A program made the position numbers and the translations under genes. DNA of 28,826 nucleotides from a virus (lineage: Duplodnaviria; Caudoviricetes): the IMG/VR virus record IMGVR_UViG_3300031628_000027, positions 1-28,826 of that record; one strand, given 5' to 3'. This document shows, in pieces, positions 1 through 9,345 of the stretch; the stretch's first letter is position 1; every line of letters begins with the position of its first letter. The notes below the pieces were generated by a model. That model saw nothing but the letters and a program-made list of their open reading frames with translations, had not been told where the DNA came from and made no database searches.

Positions 1-64
1 AAAAGTATGCAGCTACTGCTGATACTGCCAGTGCAGAGAATAAGGTCATTACAATAAATGACAT
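1..64 (-). CDS. 5' part of a membrane protein (runs off the window)
   Basis: ATG at 64 reads MSFIVMTLFSALAVSAVAAYF..., a hydrophobic N-terminal helix. The frame is open to the window edge. Confidence 0.6.
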   Translation of the reverse strand, partial: MSFIVMTLFSALAVSAVAAYF

Positions 65-74
65 GTTGCTTTGT

Positions 75-449
75 TTAACCATCAGGACTCCATTTAATCG
101 GTTCAAAGTCTTTTAGAAAGCTAGCTCGGATTCTTACATGTAACATATCGTTGATACAGTTCTCATCGTGTCGTTGTTGCCATTGTAATAAGAACTCTTG
201 CATCTTTGCTGGTGCTCTAGTAGGGTATTCAATTATTACTTCCTTTGTCAATAGTTCAGATACTAAGAGAGCGTTCCCTCCTTCTGCTTTACTTTCCTCT
301 AAGACTGTTTTTATCTTAGTCGAGCTACCAAAGTACTTCTCAAATTGCTTGTCTGTCTTACAAGAGTATCCTATGTAATATCTACCGTCTGGGAAATATG
401 TACAATATACTCTGTGCGTTTGTATTGGTTTCTTTTTTCTTTTTGCCAT
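75..449 (-). CDS. Small GIY-YIG family endonuclease (EndoII/DenA- or Seg-like)
   Basis: VYCTYFPDGRYYIGYS GIY-YIG-type motif, followed by YFGSS and a late N. It lies downstream of nrdB, as T4 denA does. Confidence 0.7.
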   Translation of the reverse strand: MAKRKKKPIQTHRVYCTYFPDGRYYIGYSCKTDKQFEKYFGSSTKIKTVLEESKAEGGNALLVSELLTKEVIIEYPTRAPAKMQEFLLQWQQRHDENCINDMLHVRIRASFLKDFEPIKWSPDG

Positions 450-454
450 ATATG

Positions 455-462
455 TATTTATA
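455..462 (-). promoter_or_regulatory. T4-type late promoter TATAAATA
   Basis: Exact TATAAATA on the minus strand, 5 nt before the ATG at 449. Confidence 0.8.
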
Positions 463-469
463 TAACCTG

Positions 470-820
470 TTAGTGGTTTCTACCACCATCAAAGACACAT
501 ATAAAATATAGCTCTTCATTATTATCGTTGATTACCTTATGAAAAGCACCATCATATATTAGTTTCACATCACCTTCTTTGACTACAGACATTTTATCGT
601 CTATCTTCATTATACCTGAGCCTTTAATGAACAAGTATATTTCTTCTTGTCCTTCGTGTATGTGGCCAGTTGTTTCTTTACCTGGCTTTAATAATGTACT
701 GCTTAGTACTAGGTTGTTTAGCTCTGTGTTATCTGTAACAGTATATGTACTGTTCTTTTTAACCACTTCGCCTCCAACATCATTAACTGTTAGCTTCGTA
801 TTCTTCTTGGTATACGTCAT
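470..820 (-). CDS. Cupin domain protein (Cupin_2 / mannose-6-phosphate isomerase-like)
   Basis: LKPGKETTGHIHEGQEEIYLFIKGSG and GAFHKVIN match cupin motifs 1 and 2 (HxH..E, H). Confidence 0.85.
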   Translation of the reverse strand: MTYTKKNTKLTVNDVGGEVVKKNSTYTVTDNTELNNLVLSSTLLKPGKETTGHIHEGQEEIYLFIKGSGIMKIDDKMSVVKEGDVKLIYDGAFHKVINDNNEELYFICVFDGGRNH

Positions 821-980
821 TCACTTTATACTCCTCTTCTAGTTCAAGTTCCTCGCCACAATATGGACAGAACTCGATATTATAAAAGTGTGGTTCCATG
901 TCAGCCTCGATCACCGCGACTGCCTCACACTTCTCACATTCTATACGTTTCTTAACCACGGACTGCTCCCCACACATCAC
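783..980 (-). CDS. Small zinc-ribbon protein
   Basis: CEKC...CPYCG pair with an acidic tail. The start codon is uncertain. Confidence 0.65.
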   Translation of the reverse strand: MMCGEQSVVKKRIECEKCEAVAVIEADMEPHFYNIEFCPYCGEELELEEEYKVNDVYQEEYEANS

Positions 981-1941
981 CCCAGTTTCCTTTCAGGGCG
1001 CCACGTGCATAATCTGTTGATCTATTTTCAAAAAAGTTTGTATGGGTAGGAGCGTTAATCATCTCCTCTACCCATAGTAATGGATTTCTTTTCACTTTAA
1101 ATATTCCTTTCATTCCCATACTTATAAGCCTTCTATCAGCAATATATCTAATGTATGTTTTAACATCTGCGGGTGTCAAGTTCTCCATGTCTCCCATTGA
1201 GAACGCTAAGTCGATAAACTTCTCTTCTAGTTCTACCATCTTCTCTGCGATGTCGTATATCTCTTTCTTAAGTTTATCATTCCAAAGCTCTGGGTTCTCG
1301 TTCACATAAGTCTTAAATAGTTTAATCATAGACTCTGAGTGCATTGTCTCATCTACAATACTCCACGTTATTATCTGTCCCATACCTTTCATCTTACCGT
1401 GACGTGGGAAGTTTAACAACATAATAAAAGATGAGAACAGTTGCATTCCTTCTGTAAATGCTGAGAAGGCTGCAATGTTTGTAGCTATAGACTCTGGTGT
1501 TCCGTTAGCTGCTGACAATTCCAGGAAGTATTCATGCTTATCTGCCATCGTCTGATACTCTAAAAACTCGCTGTATGTACTATCAGGCATACCCAATGTC
1601 TCAATTAAATGTGCGTAAGCAGCTACATGGAGAGCCTCTCTGGCTGCAAACCCTGACAACATCATACGAACTTCTGGTTGTGGGAAGTGTGGTAGATAGT
1701 TATTGATATAACCTCCTGCCACGTCAATATCCCCTTGTACAAAAAATCTAAATATATTCGTAAGGAATGCTTTCTCAGGATCGTTTAGTTTATCCTTCCA
1801 GTCCTTTACATCTTCTGCCATTGGTACTTCTGTATGTAACCAATGTGATTGTTCATGTTTTAACCACGCGTCATACGCCCATGGATAATTGAACGGTTTA
1901 AAATAATCTCTTTCATCTGTTAGTTTTAATTTAGCCACCAT
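952..1941 (-). CDS. nrdB: Ribonucleotide reductase class Ia beta subunit
   Basis: Di-iron ligands (GDIDV, EALHVAAY, TEGMQLFSSF, DETMH) and the C-terminal NFFENRSTDY radical-transfer Tyr motif. Confidence 0.97.
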   Translation of the reverse strand: MVAKLKLTDERDYFKPFNYPWAYDAWLKHEQSHWLHTEVPMAEDVKDWKDKLNDPEKAFLTNIFRFFVQGDIDVAGGYINNYLPHFPQPEVRMMLSGFAAREALHVAAYAHLIETLGMPDSTYSEFLEYQTMADKHEYFLELSAANGTPESIATNIAAFSAFTEGMQLFSSFIMLLNFPRHGKMKGMGQIITWSIVDETMHSESMIKLFKTYVNENPELWNDKLKKEIYDIAEKMVELEEKFIDLAFSMGDMENLTPADVKTYIRYIADRRLISMGMKGIFKVKRNPLLWVEEMINAPTHTNFFENRSTDYARGALKGNWGDVWGAVRG

Positions 1942-1951
1942 ATCTTACCTC

Positions 1952-2626
1952 TTAATTTGTGCCTTTATCTATGTGGCCACTATTTGTGAAACCCCATTCT
2001 CGTTCTTTACACCAGAAACATTCACCACACCTGCCACGGATTAACTCCACGCAACTATGTGATAGTTCTGATATAGGTTCTAATACTTGTTGCTCGTGAG
2101 CTATCTCTATTAGTTCATCCTTTGTCATGTCTGCAAATGGTTGTCTTATAAGATCTCTTACAAGTTGCCCATTGTGTACTGCATCACTATCCCTTGAAAG
2201 ATTCCTCTCTCCTGGTGTGTGATATGAGCATAATGTTTCATACTCTGGTGGATAAGCATTGACACCTGTATAAACTGTGTCTGCATATCCTTCGTCTACA
2301 ATAATTCGTATGCTACCGAGTAATTGCTGTGCCACTTCTGTTCCTATAAAAGGATCTTTTCTATTCTGATCTATGCCTGGATCTATTACAAAAGGGTGCA
2401 ACTGTTTTGTGCCGTACCATTCACTACTCCACCTTAACATTCTTGTAGCATAAGTTAAAGCGCCATCTACTTTAGGTACTGTAAAAGGAATACATTTCTG
2501 GTTCCTCTCTAAACATACCCCATATATCATATGCCATAGTAATGAAGAGTCAAGTCCACCTGATACTACAACACCTATCACTTGATCTCTTGGTATGTAT
2601 ATATCGTAATAATAAGGGTGATGCAT
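1952..2626 (-). CDS. QueC-like PP-loop ATPase (7-cyano-7-deazaguanine synthase-like)
   Basis: N-terminal SGGLDS PP-loop, PFADMTK, and a C-terminal SHSC...CGECFWCKER Zn motif. Confidence 0.75.
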   Translation of the reverse strand: MHHPYYYDIYIPRDQVIGVVVSGGLDSSLLWHMIYGVCLERNQKCIPFTVPKVDGALTYATRMLRWSSEWYGTKQLHPFVIDPGIDQNRKDPFIGTEVAQQLLGSIRIIVDEGYADTVYTGVNAYPPEYETLCSYHTPGERNLSRDSDAVHNGQLVRDLIRQPFADMTKDELIEIAHEQQVLEPISELSHSCVELIRGRCGECFWCKEREWGFTNSGHIDKGTN

Positions 2627-3345
2627 TATAGTCTCTTCTCTACCATTTTCGGAAAGTGTCTCTCTATCATTTTCGCCATCTGTTTTACTGTTTCAGGTCC
2701 AGGATGATTACCATCACTAGCTCTGTCTGTGAATTCAATAGGTGTAATATTCTGATTAGAAGAGTCTATAGTCTCACTTGTAAACATACCTGACTGCTGT
2801 TCAGCCCTATCAAATATTGCCTGGTTCCATTCACTCTTTCCAGGTCCCTCTTTAACATCTTTCAAGTTATGAAATAATGTCCATTGTGTTAGTTTGTCTC
2901 CACATATTAATTCCACAGAGTCTACTATTAACTTAGAATATTCTTCTTGTGTCATTTTCATATTAAGTACCCAATCCTTACCTATCTTTGCCGTTGTAAA
3001 ATCTGGCTTTGTCCAATGTCCTATTGGCAGTACCGATCTTTGTGCTGGACTGCCCTCATTATACATTGCTATCCTATAAGGCGAGGTCCAACCAATACAT
3101 ATTCTCTCGGGCATACCATGTGTTCTAATAGCATCTATAACCTTCATCCAAATATGCCAATTAGACTCACCTGGATATGCAAAGTTATTAACAGGACGCC
3201 AATTGTCTATAACATTATGTAGCTGATCTTTAGGATCTAAATGGAGTCCATAAACACATGAACAACCAAATAGAGCTATAGACGAACTCCAATGTGTATA
3301 ATCTATAGGGTGCGGTTGATATTCTTTAACAACATAATTCCGCAT
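2626..3345 (-). CDS. SGNH/GDSL hydrolase-like protein
   Basis: FGCSCVYG (block I), NFAYPGESN (block II) and DGNHPG (DxxH, block V). Confidence 0.65.
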   Translation of the reverse strand: MRNYVVKEYQPHPIDYTHWSSSIALFGCSCVYGLHLDPKDQLHNVIDNWRPVNNFAYPGESNWHIWMKVIDAIRTHGMPERICIGWTSPYRIAMYNEGSPAQRSVLPIGHWTKPDFTTAKIGKDWVLNMKMTQEEYSKLIVDSVELICGDKLTQWTLFHNLKDVKEGPGKSEWNQAIFDRAEQQSGMFTSETIDSSNQNITPIEFTDRASDGNHPGPETVKQMAKMIERHFPKMVEKRL

Positions 3346-5141
3346 TATCCCTCACACGCTAGGCATTCGCCATCAGCTATGGCAGACATATCTAATTCTT
3401 GTATTATCTCTCTTTCAATACGTCTACTTACTTTGTCTGCTTTGCCTAACTTCTCTGAACGGCAATAGTATAATGTTTTAACACCCGACTTCCAGGCTGA
3501 GAAATGTACTGCATGTAAATAGGCAATGTTAACATCAGGCCTAAAGAACAAGTTCAAACTTTGTGCTTGGTCTACAAACATCTGTCTATCTGCTGCGTGT
3601 TCTATTAACCACCTCTGATCTATTTCCATAGCTGTTTTAAATACAGACTTTTGTTCATCAGATAGCTGTGTTATATGCTGTACTGAACCGTCGTTACTAA
3701 TAATGCTAGACCACACCTCGTCATATTTTGTCCTAGGGTGTGTCTCACAATAATCTGTAATTAGTTTATCCAGGAATTTATTTTTATTGAGATACGCCCC
3801 AGACAATGTGTCTTGTCTGTAAGCATTAGCTCTCCACGGCTCAATAGATGGGCTAGTGTTCCCCATAATAATAGAAGAGGAAGCATTGGGAGCAATAGCC
3901 ATAACATGACTAAAACGTAAGCCTCGTCCCTTTGCGTCTGGCGCTTCGCCTCTCTCTGTTCCAAGTTGTATGTTTGCTTCATCTAGCTTTCCTCGTATGT
4001 GTCTAAACATTCTAAGGTTGGCTCCCTTGGCTCCAGCGCTTTCCCATGCAATCAAGTTTTTCTGAAGATAGGCATGAAACCCTAGGGCTCCAACTCCAAT
4101 ACTCCGTTCTTGTGCTGCTGAGAACTTAGCTCTTGATACTTGATCAGGTGCGTTCTTAATAAAGAATGATAAGACATTGTCTAGCATCTCTGCTATGTCT
4201 TTTAAAAATAGTGGCTGTCTACTCCAGGCATCATAGTATTCTAGATTGACTGAGGATAGACAACACACCGCTGTTCGTTTTTCGTTTGTAGGTAAAATAA
4301 TTTCAGAGCATAGATTGCTTTGGTGGATCTTTAATCCTTTTTCTTTCTGGAAGTCCTTCATCTCACGATTACTTGTATCGATGTAATGAATGTATGGCTC
4401 TCCAGTTTCCATTCTAATCTCTAATATCTTTTGCCATAAATCTTTGGCAGAGACGGTTTCTCTTATTAAGCCTGAATTAGGATCAACTAAGTTCCAACCG
4501 TCATCTGCATCTGGGTCTGTCATGCATCGTTCTATAACCTGCATGAAATTGTCTGTGATGTTTATTCCGTGATGTAAGTTCAGGCATCTCATATTAGGAT
4601 CGCCTGTTGGTTTCCTCATCTCAAGGAACATTAGAACATCTGGATGACTAATGTCAAGGTAAGTAGCGTAACTGCCACGTCTAGTACGACCTTGACGGTA
4701 CGCCAGACATGAGGAGTCATAAGTCTTAAGATGAGGCATGACACCAGTAGATTTATCATCACTAGATCGAATGCCAACGCCAATGCCCACACCACCACCA
4801 AGCATAGATAGCCAACTAGTTTCTGATAAATTTTCAACTAATCCCTCCGCTGTGTCGTTAATGTAATTTAAAAAACATGATATAGGCATACCACGTTTGG
4901 ACCTTCCGTATGAAAGTATCGGAGTACTATACGATAGCCAATGTTTACTGGAGTAATCATATAGTCTTTGTGAGTGTTCTGGATTAGAGCCAAATATTGA
5001 ACTTACATAGGCAAACCTCTCCTGTGGAGATGACTCTGTCTCCAGCATGTAGCTTTCTTTTAATCTTTGTATGCCTAGGTTGTCAAATAAGTTATCCCTA
5101 TCATAATCAACCGTAATTCCGTCTATTAGACCCTTTGCCAT
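3345..5141 (-). CDS. nrdA: Ribonucleotide reductase class Ia alpha subunit (short, no ATP cone)
   Basis: PISCFL, SNLCSEI (catalytic N-x-C-x-E), VCCLSSVNL, AIAPNASSS, KTLYY and a C-terminal CLACEG redox pair. Confidence 0.97.
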   Translation of the reverse strand: MAKGLIDGITVDYDRDNLFDNLGIQRLKESYMLETESSPQERFAYVSSIFGSNPEHSQRLYDYSSKHWLSYSTPILSYGRSKRGMPISCFLNYINDTAEGLVENLSETSWLSMLGGGVGIGVGIRSSDDKSTGVMPHLKTYDSSCLAYRQGRTRRGSYATYLDISHPDVLMFLEMRKPTGDPNMRCLNLHHGINITDNFMQVIERCMTDPDADDGWNLVDPNSGLIRETVSAKDLWQKILEIRMETGEPYIHYIDTSNREMKDFQKEKGLKIHQSNLCSEIILPTNEKRTAVCCLSSVNLEYYDAWSRQPLFLKDIAEMLDNVLSFFIKNAPDQVSRAKFSAAQERSIGVGALGFHAYLQKNLIAWESAGAKGANLRMFRHIRGKLDEANIQLGTERGEAPDAKGRGLRFSHVMAIAPNASSSIIMGNTSPSIEPWRANAYRQDTLSGAYLNKNKFLDKLITDYCETHPRTKYDEVWSSIISNDGSVQHITQLSDEQKSVFKTAMEIDQRWLIEHAADRQMFVDQAQSLNLFFRPDVNIAYLHAVHFSAWKSGVKTLYYCRSEKLGKADKVSRRIEREIIQELDMSAIADGECLACEG

Positions 5142-5152
5142 TATTATCTACC

Positions 5153-5809
5153 CTAAATATCCAGCGCTTGTTCTACGTCTGGAAAATGTTGACCAATGAT
5201 AGACCAACATCGTTGCGCTACCTCTCTATGTTCTTTTTGTGTTTCCTCACCAGTTCTTAACTCGCAATAGTGAATCCACGATCTTAACGTCCCTGCCATA
5301 ATAAGAGTTGTTTCTGTTAACCCCTCAGGCAATAACGCTCTTGCTTGTTCTTTAGCAATACCCATATTAATAGCTTCTACATACTTCTCTCTAGCTTGGT
5401 GTCCCAATATATCTTGCATCCTTGACCAATTCTTGGCTACTTCAGTTTTAGGATCTACTTCAATAGAGTTTTGCCTGTTAGCATCATCTTGCATTCTACA
5501 TTCCCTGTCGTAAATAACATCAGGAGCTTCAGCATATCGCTGACTAAACTCTTGAAAGCTAAAACTACGATGTCGTATAATCTGTCGGGATATATCTCGG
5601 GTAGTAGTAATCTGTAAAGTGATAGAAGCCATCTCGAAAGGGCTCCAATGTTCATGTTTTATTAAGTATTTAAGCAATTTAGGGGCTGTTACCTTGTTGT
5701 TTTGATTCCCTGGGTTGCTTACCCTAGCTGCCCATGCTACTAGCTCTCCTGGTGTAAGACATCCGGTTGTAGCTGATGGTTTAGTAAGACCTACTAATTC
5801 AACTTTCAT
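5153..5809 (-). CDS. thyX: FAD-dependent thymidylate synthase ThyX
   Basis: HEHWSPFE and the ThyX signature RHRSFSFQEFSQRY, plus AKEQARALLP. The likely start is the ATG at 5809 overlapping the primase stop (TAATG); the ORF track starts at 5824. Confidence 0.96.
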   Translation of the reverse strand: MKVELVGLTKPSATTGCLTPGELVAWAARVSNPGNQNNKVTAPKLLKYLIKHEHWSPFEMASITLQITTTRDISRQIIRHRSFSFQEFSQRYAEAPDVIYDRECRMQDDANRQNSIEVDPKTEVAKNWSRMQDILGHQAREKYVEAINMGIAKEQARALLPEGLTETTLIMAGTLRSWIHYCELRTGEETQKEHREVAQRCWSIIGQHFPDVEQALDI

Positions 5810-6831
5810 TAACATTTTCTCCAATTAGTGTATTTTAGTTCTGCTTGTAAATTGCTGAACGTATTATAATTTATAATACCTTCAACGTCTAGACCTGCCA
5901 AGACCATCTCATTTATATCTTTTTGTTCTATATTATCAGGCCATATAACTACGTTGTGACCCTTAGTAATATGCGTATGTAGTATATCACATACCTCTTT
6001 ATTTTTAGGTTGGTTGTCTATGATAATGATATCATTTTCTCCAGGAACTATTTTATTAAATGACGTACCCGCACATGCTATACTGTTATCCAAAAATAAA
6101 CTATCTAATGGACCCTCAACAATTTTTACAGGCTTCTCTTTACTTATAACATCTAGGCCAAAAATAGTGGGCGCTTCATCAACTATCTTTACCATAATGT
6201 ACCTTAAGGTTGAATTGCCATAATCTCGTAATGTCAGGCCTGTAAGTCTACCTTTCTCATCAAAGAATGGGATAACTAGGCGAGGTTGTTTAGTTGTAAT
6301 TCTGTCTTTGTACTTAGGAGCGAGCTGAGATATTGTACTAATATCATCTACATGATATAATCTCTTCCACTTATCCTCAGGGATTTGCCTAGACTTTACA
6401 TAGTCCACTGCTATGTGAGAATGTGTATCACCACATGCCTCAGCTAGTTTATCTACTCTGTCCATAAGAGTATCAATTAACTTCTCATCATGTAAATGAT
6501 CAAAGTTAGGTTTTGTAAAGTTAAACTCTGGTGTCTTATTATCGCGATTGCCTGACACCCCTTCACTATACCGTTCCATCACATATTCCTTGTGTAGTCT
6601 TGGGTCTGTTATTTTTAATAGGCCACCGAAAGTCTTACCTTCATTACAATTATGACATTTAAAGAACATGTCATTTTTCTTCTTGTATATGTAGCCTCTA
6701 GCCTTATTCTTCTTCTTATCACTATCACCACAAATCGGGCAACGGAAATTGAATAAGTAATCATCCTTACGCTTGAATTTCTCCCATCTATGGGAGATCA
6801 TGTTTATGTACTTCAAATCTATATGTAACAT
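5809..6831 (-). CDS. T4 gp61-like DNA primase
   Basis: NFRCPICGDS...FKCHNC Zn finger and Toprim motifs VEGPLDSLF and KDINEM. Confidence 0.95.
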   Translation of the reverse strand: MLHIDLKYINMISHRWEKFKRKDDYLFNFRCPICGDSDKKKNKARGYIYKKKNDMFFKCHNCNEGKTFGGLLKITDPRLHKEYVMERYSEGVSGNRDNKTPEFNFTKPNFDHLHDEKLIDTLMDRVDKLAEACGDTHSHIAVDYVKSRQIPEDKWKRLYHVDDISTISQLAPKYKDRITTKQPRLVIPFFDEKGRLTGLTLRDYGNSTLRYIMVKIVDEAPTIFGLDVISKEKPVKIVEGPLDSLFLDNSIACAGTSFNKIVPGENDIIIIDNQPKNKEVCDILHTHITKGHNVVIWPDNIEQKDINEMVLAGLDVEGIINYNTFSNLQAELKYTNWRKC

Positions 6832-6838
6832 AACCAGT

Positions 6839-6867
6839 ATTATACGACCTATGACTGCTTATGTCAA
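6839..6867 (-). promoter_or_regulatory. Consensus sigma70-type promoter for primase
   Basis: TTGACA (6867-6862), a 17-nt spacer and TATAAT (6844-6839). The ATG follows 7 nt later. Confidence 0.85.
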
Positions 6868-6898
6868 TATGTTTGTGTACCTTTTGGTGTGATTAGTT

Positions 6899-7375
6899 CT
6901 AGTTGAGCATGAATTCAGCAATACTACCCATATTAGGGGCTAAAGCTGATACGGCAATTAGGACACCGATGAGAATCCATCGCCATTGTTCTAATTTAGC
7001 TATTCTGTCTTCTAAATGAGATTGTTCTCTATTAACATCTTTTCTAAGTGCGTTGATAGCGTCTAATATTTTCTCTTCCGAAGTTTTCATGTCCGATCGG
7101 ACATCTCTATGTTCGTCCATTCTTTCCCTCGATGCGGTTGATATACGACTATGAAGTTCCTTAATTGCGTCTGCAGATTCCTTTCGTCGTTCGGTTACTA
7201 ATCGTTCTGTATTATCTATTCTTTCATCGTGTACTGCGAGAATAGCACTTATATTAGCGCTTGCATTTCCTATCTTATCAATAGCATCATCAAGTTTAGC
7301 AAATAGGTGACCCATTGAAGCTACATCTGCCTTGATTGTAGCAATTTGGGCATCATATGGTTTACTTGTTGGCAT
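6899..7375 (-). CDS. Coiled-coil protein with a C-terminal transmembrane helix (possible lysis/holin-like)
   Basis: Heptad-rich body followed by WRWILIGVLIAVSALAP. The function is an inference only. Confidence 0.55.
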   Translation of the reverse strand: MPTSKPYDAQIATIKADVASMGHLFAKLDDAIDKIGNASANISAILAVHDERIDNTERLVTERRKESADAIKELHSRISTASRERMDEHRDVRSDMKTSEEKILDAINALRKDVNREQSHLEDRIAKLEQWRWILIGVLIAVSALAPNMGSIAEFMLN

Positions 7376-7886
7376 TCTTTTTCTTCTTTTTTCCAGTTAG
7401 TCTTCTATTCATTGGCATGAACACAGGGTCTCTTCCTGGCTCTCCTTGAGGACCAACACCGATACCGGCTACTGCTCCCCCACCTACTCCATTCATCTCG
7501 TTCATGTAGTTTGTAAATGATAACATCTTTCTTTCTAAAAGTCTAGCCTGCTGTTGTACCGTTTCGTCTAACATGTGCAGTTCTAGCAATGATGTTATCT
7601 CTACATGATCGTCCTCTTCCTTGTACTCTTTTAACAGAGCCATAGCTGCTGCAAAGGATAATAGCCTTCTAGCATTCATATCAGAAGATTTCATTAGAGC
7701 AAATTGTATTTTGTAGACAAACCTATTTAAGAAGGTGTATTCGTTCTTCTCATTACCTGTAGGGTTACGGAGTTTCTTACCCTGGGCGTTAACAATCCCT
7801 AGCTTAAAAGCTTTGGATTTTTCTATAGGTGTGGATAAAAGTTTTAATATCCTAAAGCCTACTACTGTGTCTAATGCTCTACTCAT
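7362..7886 (-). CDS. Conserved T4-like phage late/virion-associated hypothetical protein
   Basis: FRILKLLSTP..KAFKLGIVNAQGKKL motif, which I recall from marine T4-like phages. It has a Gly-rich then Lys-rich tail and an internal MLSFTNYMNE segment. Confidence 0.6.
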   Translation of the reverse strand: MSRALDTVVGFRILKLLSTPIEKSKAFKLGIVNAQGKKLRNPTGNEKNEYTFLNRFVYKIQFALMKSSDMNARRLLSFAAAMALLKEYKEEDDHVEITSLLELHMLDETVQQQARLLERKMLSFTNYMNEMNGVGGGAVAGIGVGPQGEPGRDPVFMPMNRRLTGKKKKKNANK

Positions 7887-8276
7887 TTAAATATTCCTTA
7901 ATATTTTTATTAATTCATCATTTAAAGGGACTTCGGATACTATCTTTTTAGGTAGTAACGTCCTACTATATACTTCTTCTAATGGCAATCTATTTAAAAA
8001 TACAAGATAAGTTTTAAGGTTAACCCAATACTTTTCTTCTAATTTAAAAAACAACATCTCTGTCGTTCCATTACCAAATACATTATATAATAGGGTAAGA
8101 TGATTTATAATAAGTCTATCATTTGGGTCTCCTGTTTTCTCGTATCGATTAAACAAGCGTTTCAAATATTTAAACCTTTTCAAATCATCTTCTAATTCCG
8201 CCATGCCAGTACAAGAAGAGTTCCTGTAATGTTTAATGGCAAAAATCAAAAAGTTATCATCATTTAATTGTTTCAT
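7887..8276 (-). CDS. Conserved T4-like phage hypothetical protein
   Basis: LNDDNFLIFAIKHY...EDDLKRFKYLKRLF..RLIINH motif, preceded by a late promoter. Confidence 0.7.
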   Translation of the reverse strand: MKQLNDDNFLIFAIKHYRNSSCTGMAELEDDLKRFKYLKRLFNRYEKTGDPNDRLIINHLTLLYNVFGNGTTEMLFFKLEEKYWVNLKTYLVFLNRLPLEEVYSRTLLPKKIVSEVPLNDELIKILRNI

Positions 8277-8280
8277 ACTA

Positions 8281-8288
8281 TATTTATA
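8281..8288 (-). promoter_or_regulatory. T4-type late promoter TATAAATA
   Basis: Exact match, 4 nt before the ATG at 8276. Confidence 0.8.
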
Positions 8289-8291
8289 AAC

Positions 8292-8738
8292 CTATGATAC
8301 CGTAGCGGAACCTCCAATAAAGTACCATTTAGTTAATCCTGCATCATATAACATTTGAGCAGATCTACCTGAAGCATTTAGCGTAATTGTATTAGCTAAG
8401 TTACTTCCTGCTATTGTAATAGCATGGCCACCACTATTGGAAGACATAATTACTATCTTTATCTGTCCGTCTGTGCCTGCTCCGATTGAACAAGCTCCTG
8501 CCCCTGAGGGGTCATTAATAAAAGTTACATTAGTATCTATGGAAAGAACACCAGCTGCTGTAATGGTATCGTGATCGCCAATGACGATCTTATCATTAAA
8601 GACAGTTGGTGTTGCTACATTCCCGAATAATTTGGCTACTGTAATTGATTTAGAGGTTGAACTCTGTACCAAGTATGTCTGGTCTGCCCCAGCTGCTGCT
8701 GTAGCTGCTGTGAGTGCTGATACTTTACTGTCTGCCAT
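8292..8738 (-). CDS. Putative virion structural protein
   Basis: The MADSKVSALTAAT N-terminus and Ala/Thr/Gly/Ser-rich beta composition are typical of fiber or decoration proteins. SD AAGGA. Confidence 0.6.
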   Translation of the reverse strand: MADSKVSALTAATAAAGADQTYLVQSSTSKSITVAKLFGNVATPTVFNDKIVIGDHDTITAAGVLSIDTNVTFINDPSGAGACSIGAGTDGQIKIVIMSSNSGGHAITIAGSNLANTITLNASGRSAQMLYDAGLTKWYFIGGSATVS

Positions 8739-8748
8739 AATTTATTCC

Positions 8749-9333
8749 TTAAGCTACTACTGTTAATGTGCCAGCTGCTGTACCAATACCCGCTACACTT
8801 GTGATAGTAGAAACTGTTGCAGTTCCTTTATCTTTAATTGTACCTGAGTTTAGTCCAAGTGCATTAGCTCCGATGCTAAGTACATCGTCTGCTGCTGTAG
8901 CTGCGTTTGCTGCTGCTACTACAAGTGAGAATACTAATTCATTTGAACCTGTACCACTTGCGTATGAGAGTAAGTGTGGTCCACGACCTGTGCCTGTACC
9001 TTCGTTTCCGTTGGCTACTGATACTTGTGGTGTTCCTGTTACATCTACTGCTTCATTGAATCTTACTCTAGCTGAAAGCGTAAAGCCTGCTGACTTATCT
9101 GCTGCTGTTGTAATCCATTCTATTTGTGTAATATCTGCTGCACCTATTGCTGTTGCAAGTGAAGACAAAGCTACTAAAACCTCAGAATCAGCAGTTGCCC
9201 TGCCGTTACCTGTTTGTTTAGAACCTGCTTCTACTTCCCAACCACGGGCTGTAGCAAATACTTCTTTTTTCTGAGCGGTTGTAAGATACTTAGGCTTACT
9301 TTCGTCCGCGTCTGTTGCTCCCCAATTTGACAT
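8749..9333 (-). CDS. Putative virion structural protein with an Ig-like C-terminal domain
   Basis: MSNWG..DESKPKYL..ATARGW N-terminus and a VRFNEAVDVTGTP...YASGTGSNELVF beta-sandwich pattern. SD AGGAG. Confidence 0.65.
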   Translation of the reverse strand: MSNWGATDADESKPKYLTTAQKKEVFATARGWEVEAGSKQTGNGRATADSEVLVALSSLATAIGAADITQIEWITTAADKSAGFTLSARVRFNEAVDVTGTPQVSVANGNEGTGTGRGPHLLSYASGTGSNELVFSLVVAAANAATAADDVLSIGANALGLNSGTIKDKGTATVSTITSVAGIGTAAGTLTVVA

Positions 9334-9345
9334 ATTATTCTCCTA

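Noticed and set aside
1952-2626. Calling a 7-deazaguanine DNA-modification system
   Set aside because: Only a divergent QueC-like gene is present. No dpdA, queD, queE or folE is in the window.
952-5809. Possible introns or inteins in nrdA, nrdB or thyX (also checked in the helicase and uvsX)
   Set aside because: All ORFs are continuous, of ordinary length and have correctly spaced motifs. No intein terminal motifs were seen.
7370-7395. A-rich KKKKK stretch as a second frameshift site
   Set aside because: The run is interrupted by G, the next gene has its own ATG in a normal short overlap, and no stimulatory hairpin is evident.
8768-9274. 168-aa plus-strand ORF, and the other plus-strand ORFs such as 10289..10801, 17512..17829 and 23831..24157
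   Set aside because: These are antisense shadows of well-supported minus-strand genes. They have no motifs, and their composition mirrors the sense codon bias.
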